From Candidatus Hydrogenedentota bacterium (GTDB taxonomy: Bacteria > Hydrogenedentota > Hydrogenedentia > Hydrogenedentales > SLHB01), in assembly GCA_045863335.1 (NCBI GenBank), contig BTVY01000054.1:1-39396 (forward strand): 39,396 bases of DNA, in the 5' to 3' direction. The notes under the pieces were generated by a model. That model was not told the origin of the DNA, made no database searches, and saw only the letters and a list, made by a program, of their open reading frames with translations. Each line of letters opens with the position of its first letter. Within the stretch, counting starts at the first letter, position 1. Made by a program: the position numbers and the translations under genes. Positions 30,000 to 39,396 of the stretch are shown here, one piece after another.

Positions 30000-30608
30000 A
30001 TGGCCAGGAAAACGGGACCGAAACACAAACTCTGCCGCCGCTTGGGTTCGTGCATCTGGGGCGACCCCAAATGCCCTTCGTTGCGGCGTCCGTATGCGCC
30101 GGGACAGCACGGCCAGAACATGCGCCGGAAGATGTCCGTGTATGGGCAGCAACTCCTGGACAAGCAGAAAATCCGCACGCACTACGGCCTCATGGAAAAA
30201 CAGATGCGCCGCACCTTCGCGGAAGCCCAGCGGATGGGTGGCGTCACGGGCACGAACTTGCTGATGCTGCTCGAGTCGCGGCTGGATTGCGTCGTGTATC
30301 GGCTTGGTTGGGCGCAGAGCATTCCCGCGGCCCGGCAGTTGGTCAATCATGGCCATATCCTCGTGGATGGTAAGAAGGTCGATGTCCCGTCGTTCCGCGT
30401 GAAGCCGGGAATGACCGTGAGCGTTCGCGAGAAGAGCCGGAAGGTTCCCGCCATCGCCAACGGCGCGGAGAATCCGCCGGCCGTGATGCCGGAGTATCTG
30501 GAGCGCGCTCCGAAGTCCTTTGAAGGGAAGATGACCGCGACGCCGAACCTGGAGACGATTCCGTTCAAGGCGGAAACCGCCGGCGTGATCGGCTTCTACT
30601 CGCGCTAA
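30000..30608 (+). CDS. rpsD: 30S ribosomal protein S4 (uS4), outside the alpha operon
   Basis: PGQHG, YGQQLLDKQKIR..YG, LLESRLD.VVYRLG, ARQLVNHGHI, FYSR. Confidence 0.99.
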   Translation: MARKTGPKHKLCRRLGSCIWGDPKCPSLRRPYAPGQHGQNMRRKMSVYGQQLLDKQKIRTHYGLMEKQMRRTFAEAQRMGGVTGTNLLMLLESRLDCVVYRLGWAQSIPAARQLVNHGHILVDGKKVDVPSFRVKPGMTVSVREKSRKVPAIANGAENPPAVMPEYLERAPKSFEGKMTATPNLETIPFKAETAGVIGFYSR

Positions 30609-30633
30609 TCTTCTCCGTACCGAAAGTTTTGTC

Positions 30634-30678
30634 CGGGCGGGCCGTGTTTTATGCGGTCCGCCCGTTTCCGTGTTGTTT
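30634..30678 (+). terminator. Probable intrinsic terminator after rpsD
   Basis: CGGGCGGGCCGTGT / ATGCGGTCCGCCCG stem followed by TTTCCGTGTTGTTT. Confidence 0.7.
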
Positions 30679-30721
30679 GCGCAACCGCGCTTTTCCCCCG
30701 TGACGGGACCACAGACCATCC

Positions 30722-33985
<3,264 letters not shown>

Positions 33986-34036
33986 GCGGGGCGCGTGCGC
34001 ATGAAGTGGGGCATCCGCAAGGGGGGCACGTATTCT

Positions 34037-34142
34037 ATCGAATCGGAATCGCTATCGGGATCGAGATCGGTATCGAAACTGTTTCTTCCAACTCAGTTCG
34101 ATCCCGAAACCGATACCGATCCCGATAGCGATCCCGATTTCG
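34037..34142. repeat. Inverted-repeat element with 6-nt periodic arms
   Basis: Left arm ATCGnn units (34037-34077), right arm CGATnn units (34097-34142); imperfect reverse complements. Confidence 0.88.
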
Positions 34143-34202
34143 GGAGGCGGGTCTCCGATCTGGTTCGCAGTGAGGCGGAGTTAGTCGTAGGGGAGGACGG
34201 TC

Positions 34203-34718
34203 ATGGAACTGTCGGGTTCATCATTTACGCTTCGGACCTGGCGTTGGGAAGACGCAGAGCCGCTTTTGTTCCACGCCGACAATCCAAAGGTCGCCGCCAA
34301 CCTTGGCGACCTCTTTCCCTCGCCTTATACGCTCGCGGATGCGCATGAGTGGCTGCGGGCCCGTGCGGCGGATACTCCACCGCACGCCATGTTCGCCATC
34401 GATGTCGACGGTAACGCCGTGGGCGGAATCGGGGTCATTCTGAACGAGGGACCGAAGCGGATCGCGGCCGAGTTGGGATACTGGATCGGCGAGGCTTATT
34501 GGGGCAGGGGGATCGGGTCGGAGGCGGTCGGACTGGTGCGGGACTATGCTTTCGACACACTCGCGTTGCGGCGTCTCGAAGCCCGCGTGTATCCCTGGAA
34601 TCCGACATCGATGCGGGTCCTGAAGAAGAACGGGTTTGTTTTCGAGACGCGACTGCGCAACATCCAACTCAAGGGTGGCGTACCCGTGGATATGCTGCTT
34701 TTTGCGGTTGTGCGCTGA
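34203..34718 (+). CDS. GNAT N-acetyltransferase, RimJ/RimL-like
   Basis: AELGYWIGEAYWGRGIGSEA, N..S.RVLKKNGF; SD GGAGG. Confidence 0.93.
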   Translation: MELSGSSFTLRTWRWEDAEPLLFHADNPKVAANLGDLFPSPYTLADAHEWLRARAADTPPHAMFAIDVDGNAVGGIGVILNEGPKRIAAELGYWIGEAYWGRGIGSEAVGLVRDYAFDTLALRRLEARVYPWNPTSMRVLKKNGFVFETRLRNIQLKGGVPVDMLLFAVVR

Positions 34719-34722
34719 GTCT

Positions 34723-35061
34723 CTACGTTTTGTCGTGGCGGTAGACTTCGACCTGGATGTTTTCGACGGTGACCAGTCCGTTCGTGACCATCGCGTTCAA
34801 CTCAGGCAGGAATTCTTGAACGCGTTCCCGCGAATCGACGATTTCGATTACGAGGGGTAAGTCTTCTGACAGACGCAAGATCTTCGTGGTATGCATGCGG
34901 CTGTTTTTGCCGAACCCCATCATGCCCCGGAGGACCGTCGCTCCGGCCATTCCCCGCTTGCGGGCTTCCGTAACGATGACCTCGTAGAGCGGACGATGCC
35001 CGGACTTGTCACTTTCCCCGATATATATTCGTACGAGTTGCGCATCCGACGGAATCTCCAT
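34723..35061 (-). CDS. DUF190 family protein (PII-like)
   Basis: RIYIGESD...PLYE...GMAGATVLRG..GFG...ILRLSEDLPLVIEIVDS. Confidence 0.92.
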   Translation of the reverse strand: MEIPSDAQLVRIYIGESDKSGHRPLYEVIVTEARKRGMAGATVLRGMMGFGKNSRMHTTKILRLSEDLPLVIEIVDSRERVQEFLPELNAMVTNGLVTVENIQVEVYRHDKT

Positions 35062-35236
35062 CCCGTTCTGCTTTCAAGTCTGTCCGCGGTTCTCAACTTA
35101 CAAAGCGTCCAGACCGTTCCGGACACTGCACTTGACGCCCGGGCAATTGGTCGAGTCCGGGGCCGGAAGGCGCCGTACCGGCACAGAGGACTCGCAGTTT
35201 GCGCAGTATCGGGCCCGGTCTTTCGGCCACGGGCTC

Positions 35237-35268
35237 TGCGGGCCGTAAGAATTGCGGGCCGTAAGAAT
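35237..35268. repeat. Perfect 16-bp tandem duplication abutting the rpsA -35 box
   Basis: TGCGGGCCGTAAGAAT x2. Confidence 0.9.
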
Positions 35269-35298
35269 TTGACTCCATCGGGGTTATGATGCTATTCT
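35269..35298 (+). promoter_or_regulatory. Putative sigma70 promoter of rpsA
   Basis: TTGACT-N18-TATTCT with TG extension. Confidence 0.6.
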
Positions 35299-35354
35299 AT
35301 CGCGTCTGTCTGGCAGACAGGCAAATCTTTTTTAAGGAGGTTCCAAAGAAACCC

Positions 35355-37271
35355 ATGATGGAAGAAACCCAGAACTCGACAGAATCCGGCTTCGAAGCGG
35401 ATTCGCAACCTGCGGCGGCGCGAGCGGCTGCAAACGGTACCTTGGAAGCTGACATGGAAGAGTTCTCCATGGAGACCATGGAAGAGCTGTACAACGAGAC
35501 CATGCAGAACTTCAAGGAAGGGGAAGTGGTGCGCGGCACGGTGGTCGGCGTGACGGACGATTATGTCCTGGTCGACATCGGCTACAAAAGCGAAGGCGCC
35601 ATTCCCATCGACGAATTTCCGAACAAGTCGGAAATTAACATCGGCGACGAGTACGACATCTTCATCGAAGAACCGGAAGATGACGAAGGCATGCCGATCC
35701 TGTCCAAGATCAAGGCGGACAAGATCAAGAACTGGACCCACATCCAGCGGATTTACGAAGAAGACGGCACCATCGAGGGCCGCATCGTCCGCCGGGTGAA
35801 GGGCGGTCTCAAGGTCGATATCGGCATCGATGCGTTCATGCCGGCGAGCCAGTTGACCTGGCGGCCAACGAGCGATCTGGACCGGTACATCGGCCAGTCG
35901 ATGGAACTGAAAATCATCAAGCTCACCAAACGGCGCCGCAACGTGGTGGTCAGCCGCCGCAAGTTGCTGGAAGAGCAGCGCGCGGGTGAGAAGCGGGAGC
36001 TGTTGGCCACGATCGAAGTGGGCAAGATCATCCCGGGCGAAGTAAAAAACATCACCGATTTTGGCGCGTTTGTGGACGTGGGCGGCATCGACGGCCTGCT
36101 CCACGTGACCGACATGTCCTGGGGCCGGGTGAAGCACCCGTCGCAGGTCGTCTCGGTCGGACAGCGCATCGAAGTGATGGTGTTGAGTTTCGATCCCAAG
36201 ACCGAGCGCATCAGCCTCGGCCTCAAGCAGAAATCCGACAACCCGTGGAAGACCGCGTCGACGCGGTACCTCCCGGGCAGCGTGGTCCATGGCCGCGTGG
36301 TCAGTATGACGGACTACGGCGCGTTCGTGCAGCTCGAGGACGGCATCGAAGGCATGGTGCACGTCAGCGAGATGAGCTGGACGCGGCGCGTGCGGCACCC
36401 CAACGAAGTCATGTCGCTCGACGAGCACGTGGACGTGATGGTGCTCAGTGTCGATCCGCAGGCGGAGAAGATCGCGCTCGGCTTGAAGCAGACGCGGCCG
36501 AATCCGTGGAAAGAGATCGAGCAGCGGTACCCCGTGAACTCGATTGTGAAGGGCAAGGTTCGCAACCTGACCGAATACGGCGCCTTCGTCGAGATCGAGG
36601 AAGGCATCGACGCCCTGTTGCACGTAAGCGACATATCCTGGACCCGCAAGGTCGCGCACCCGTCCGAAGTGCTCGAGCGCGATCAGGAAATCGAAGTGAA
36701 GGTGCTGAGCATCGATCCGCAGAACGAGAAGATCGGCGTCGGGCTGAAGCAGTTGGAAAAAGACCCGTGGCAGGAAGTGGTCGACGGCCATCCCATCGGC
36801 AGCCACCTGGAAGTCGAGATTGCTAAGCTGGTCAGTTTCGGCGCGTTCGCGCGTCTGGAGAACGGCATCGAAGGTTTGATCCACGTGAGCGAGCTTTCCA
36901 CGAGCCGCGTGCAGAAGCCCGAAGAAGTGCTCTCGGTCGGCGACAAGGTGATGGCGAAGGTCATCAGCATTGACTCGAACGAGCGCAAGATCGGATTGAG
37001 CCTGCGCGAATACCAGCGCGACATCGACGGCGAAGCCCAGGCCGAGTACGGCATGAGCGGTTCGCGTGAGTCCGTGAGCATCGGTGACGTGGTTGGCGAC
37101 GCCATGCCGAAATCGCTGCTCCAGGGCGGCGGCGATCCGGCCGCGGCCGCGAACGAGATGATGTCCGAACTCAAGCAGGAAGAACCGGCCGCGGAAGCGG
37201 GCGAAACCGCATCGGAGGCGTCGGAAGCCCCGGCCGAGAGTTCCGAAGCCGAAGCGGAAAAGAGCGAGTAA
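35355..37271 (+). CDS. rpsA: 30S ribosomal protein S1 (bS1), six S1 domains with acidic terminal extensions
   Basis: VDIGYKSEG; repeated FGAFV/YGAFV..G(I)DGLLHVxxxSW units; ATG 35355 (or 35358) after AAGGAGG preferred to ORF-track start 35286. Confidence 0.98.
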   Translation: MMEETQNSTESGFEADSQPAAARAAANGTLEADMEEFSMETMEELYNETMQNFKEGEVVRGTVVGVTDDYVLVDIGYKSEGAIPIDEFPNKSEINIGDEYDIFIEEPEDDEGMPILSKIKADKIKNWTHIQRIYEEDGTIEGRIVRRVKGGLKVDIGIDAFMPASQLTWRPTSDLDRYIGQSMELKIIKLTKRRRNVVVSRRKLLEEQRAGEKRELLATIEVGKIIPGEVKNITDFGAFVDVGGIDGLLHVTDMSWGRVKHPSQVVSVGQRIEVMVLSFDPKTERISLGLKQKSDNPWKTASTRYLPGSVVHGRVVSMTDYGAFVQLEDGIEGMVHVSEMSWTRRVRHPNEVMSLDEHVDVMVLSVDPQAEKIALGLKQTRPNPWKEIEQRYPVNSIVKGKVRNLTEYGAFVEIEEGIDALLHVSDISWTRKVAHPSEVLERDQEIEVKVLSIDPQNEKIGVGLKQLEKDPWQEVVDGHPIGSHLEVEIAKLVSFGAFARLENGIEGLIHVSELSTSRVQKPEEVLSVGDKVMAKVISIDSNERKIGLSLREYQRDIDGEAQAEYGMSGSRESVSIGDVVGDAMPKSLLQGGGDPAAAANEMMSELKQEEPAAEAGETASEASEAPAESSEAEAEKSE

Positions 37272-37301
37272 CACCGGACCCGAATCCGGCTGTGCGTTTT
37301 G

Positions 37302-37340
37302 GGGAGCGCTGGTATTGTGGCCGGCGCTCCACTTTTCTTT
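37302..37340 (+). terminator. Intrinsic terminator after rpsA
   Basis: GGAGCGCTGGT / GCCGGCGCTCC stem followed by ACTTTTCTTT. Confidence 0.85.
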
Positions 37341-37434
37341 ACGCAGTCGCAGACCGGGGACCGGACAGAAGGTATGCATGCGAGGCGGGAGTCGTAACGG
37401 GGGAGTCTACGGCGTATCCGCCGAGGAGGAATGA

Positions 37435-39276
37435 ATGGCTACGGTTCAATCGACGAAGAAGAGTCCAATGATCGGTGTCGACATGCCTGGTGCGGAACGC
37501 ATCATCCAGGTGTTGGCCGAAGAAGGCGTAGACACCATCTTTGGATACAGCGGGGGCGCCATACTTCCAACGTACGACGCGATCTTCCGCTACAACGCAG
37601 GCAAGCCGAAGAACGAGCAGATCCGGCTCGTCGTCCCGGCCAACGAGCAGGGCGCCGGATTCATGGCGGCGGGTTACGCGCGGGCCAGCGGCAAGGTGGG
37701 GGTGTTCCTCGTGACCTCCGGGCCCGGCGCGACCAACTGCGTCACGCCGATCCGCGATTGCATGGCGGATTCGATTCCCGTGGTGCTGATTTGCGGGCAG
37801 GTCCCGCGCGCGGCCATCGGGTCCGACGCGTTCCAGGAAGCGCCGGTCTTTAACATCATGAGCGCCTGTGCGAAGCACGTGTTCCTGTGTTCCAACGAGA
37901 ACGAACTGGAAGAGACCATCCGTTCCGCGTTTCATATTGCGCGGTCCGGGCGTCCGGGCCCCGTCGTCATCGACGTGCCGAAGGACGTGCAGTTGGCTGT
38001 TGCCAAGTACAAGGGCGAGGGCATGCTGCAGTTCCGCGGGTTTGAAGAACGCATGCATCAACTCGAGCATGCCCGCATGACGAAGGAGGAGATCGCGGAA
38101 TTCTTCCGGCAATTGAACGCGAGCGAGCGCCCGTTGATCTACGCGGGCGGCGGCGTCATCAACAGCAATGCGGCGGAAGACCTGCGCGCGTTTTCCAAGG
38201 CGTTTGGAATTCCCGTCGTGACGACCTTGCTGGGCATCGGCAGCGTGGATACGACCGACGCGTTGTCGTTGAAGATGCTCGGCATGCACGGCACGGCCTA
38301 CGCGAACTACGCGGTCGAAGATTGCGATTTCCTGATTGCCGTCGGCTCGCGGTTCGACGATCGTGTGGCGGGAAAGGTACCGGATTTCGCGCCGAAGGCG
38401 AAGCACATCGCGCATCTGGATATCGACGCGGCGGAAATCGGAAAGGTAAAGGCCGTCACGTGGTCCTATGCGGGTGACGCGGGCACCACGCTCCGTGATT
38501 TGACGGAAGGCGGCAAGAAGTTCAAAAAGGATTTCTCCGCGTGGCACGAGCATGTTACGAAGCTCAAGAGCGACCACGCGTTGAGTTACAACAAGGAAAC
38601 GGACCTCATCCAGCCCCAGCACGTCATCGAGGTCCTGAACGAGATCACGAATGGCGAGGCTATCGTTACGACGGGCGTGGGACAGCACCAGATGTGGGCG
38701 GCTCAGTACTTCGATTTCCACCACCCGCGCACGTGGCTGACGTCCGGGAGCATGGGGACCATGGGATTCGGGTTGCCCGCGGCCATCGGCGCGCAGATGG
38801 CTTGTCCCGATAAGATTGTCATCGACGTGGACGGCGACGGCAGTTTGCGCATGAATTTGGGCGAGCTGGAAACGGCGACGACCTATGATGCGCCGGTCAA
38901 GGTGCTCCTGCTGAACAACCTCGGCGACGGCATGGTGCGCCAGTGGCAGACCACCTACTACGGCGAGCGGTTTTCGGGCAGCGACAAGTCGCTTCACAAG
39001 AAAGATTTCGTGCTCGCGGCGAAAGCCGACGGGTTCTCCTTCGTGGAACGGCTGAGCGAGAAGTCGAAGATGCGCGAGACGCTGGAGCGCTTCGTGAAGG
39101 CCGAGGGCCCGGCGTTTCTTGAAGTCATGATTGATCAGAACGCCCACGTGTACCCGATGGTCGGCCCAGGCATGGGCTACAAGGAAATGGAAACGGGTCC
39201 GTTCATCGCCGGCCGCAAGCCGGAGTTGAGCGAGATTCCAAAGCCCGATGCGGCGGCCATGCCGGATTTGTTCTAA
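37435..39276 (+). CDS. ilvB: Acetolactate synthase (AHAS) large subunit, biosynthetic type
   Basis: FGYSGGAILP, NEQGAGFMAAGYAR, TSGPGATN, DAFQE, MLGMHG, RFDDRV, GVGQHQMW, ThDP motif DGDGS...NN..GMVRQWQ. Confidence 0.97.
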   Translation: MATVQSTKKSPMIGVDMPGAERIIQVLAEEGVDTIFGYSGGAILPTYDAIFRYNAGKPKNEQIRLVVPANEQGAGFMAAGYARASGKVGVFLVTSGPGATNCVTPIRDCMADSIPVVLICGQVPRAAIGSDAFQEAPVFNIMSACAKHVFLCSNENELEETIRSAFHIARSGRPGPVVIDVPKDVQLAVAKYKGEGMLQFRGFEERMHQLEHARMTKEEIAEFFRQLNASERPLIYAGGGVINSNAAEDLRAFSKAFGIPVVTTLLGIGSVDTTDALSLKMLGMHGTAYANYAVEDCDFLIAVGSRFDDRVAGKVPDFAPKAKHIAHLDIDAAEIGKVKAVTWSYAGDAGTTLRDLTEGGKKFKKDFSAWHEHVTKLKSDHALSYNKETDLIQPQHVIEVLNEITNGEAIVTTGVGQHQMWAAQYFDFHHPRTWLTSGSMGTMGFGLPAAIGAQMACPDKIVIDVDGDGSLRMNLGELETATTYDAPVKVLLLNNLGDGMVRQWQTTYYGERFSGSDKSLHKKDFVLAAKADGFSFVERLSEKSKMRETLERFVKAEGPAFLEVMIDQNAHVYPMVGPGMGYKEMETGPFIAGRKPELSEIPKPDAAAMPDLF

Positions 39277-39301
39277 CCCGGCTTACTACTTCGAACCTTA
39301 A

Positions 39302-39345
39302 AGACCGCCGGTCGCCTCTTCCGGAGCGATCGGCGGTTCTGCTTT
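39302..39345 (+). terminator. Intrinsic terminator after ilvB
   Basis: ACCGCCGGTCGC...GCGATCGGCGGT stem followed by TCTGCTTT. Confidence 0.8.
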
Positions 39346-39396
39346 GTGCGCCCGGCAGGGCGCGTTCACTTGAGGGTGCAAGTCCCTTACAGGCCT
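39346..39396 (+). mobile_element. 5' end of a probable group IIC intron, truncated by the window edge
   Basis: Begins GTGCG (group II 5' consensus GUGYG), then CCCGGCAGGGCGCG and a GAGGG-TGCAAGT-CCCTT hairpin typical of IIC 5' ends; lies directly after a terminator, the known IIC target site. Confidence 0.8.

Noticed and set aside
33995-34348. 117-aa ORF containing DPETDTDPDSDPD
   Set aside because: Translation of the 6-mer repeat element; it overlaps the GNAT gene out of frame.
35062-35236. Fluoride riboswitch or other ncRNA upstream of DUF190
   Set aside because: No GGCGATG/GGTGATG-type fluoride aptamer start on the minus strand. The hairpins present (e.g. CGAGTCC/GGACTCG) match no family I recognise and are plausible by chance at this GC.
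37341-37434. ilv attenuator leader peptide or T-box
   Set aside because: The short ORFs here (MHARRES*, MRGGSRNGGVYGVSAEEE*) lack Ile/Leu/Val runs; no T-box motif; the upstream hairpin is better explained as the rpsA terminator.
35292-39147. Long antisense ORFs (695 aa opposite rpsA, 602 aa opposite ilvB; similar ones opposite secY, rplB, mfd and mutS)
   Set aside because: Shadow ORFs expected from GC-rich codon bias of real genes on the other strand; no recognisable motifs.

Overview
GC-rich bacterial chromosomal window that is mostly housekeeping. 1-15.3 kb holds the 3' end of tuf and an S10-spc-alpha ribosomal protein supercluster (rpsJ to rplQ, with secY, adk, map, infA, rpmJ, rpoA). Two departures from the usual order: rpmD (uL30) is missing between rpsE and rplO, and rpsD (uS4) sits apart at 30.0 kb behind a structured leader. 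15.4-29.5 kb is a mixed accessory region: Gfo/Idh/MocA oxidoreductase, mutS, hemolysin III/PAQR protein, FkbM methyltransferase, Nudix hydrolase, Tat-exported TIM-barrel protein, SDR, divergent cysteine hydrolase, GT-C-like membrane protein, and a 1181-aa membrane-anchored carboxypeptidase-regulatory-like repeat protein. 30-39.3 kb holds rpsD, mfd, a GNAT, DUF190, rpsA and ilvB. The last 51 nt look like the 5' end of a group IIC intron placed directly after the ilvB terminator. The most unusual non-coding signal is a set of intergenic short-period repeats: three inverted-repeat elements with 9-, 7- and 6-nt periods, one solo 7-mer array, and a GTAG-type REP palindrome. The gene content is reminiscent of Candidatus Hydrogenedentota or a similar lineage, but that is an unverified impression. 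No tRNA, rRNA or CRISPR array was seen. All structures and promoters were read by eye.
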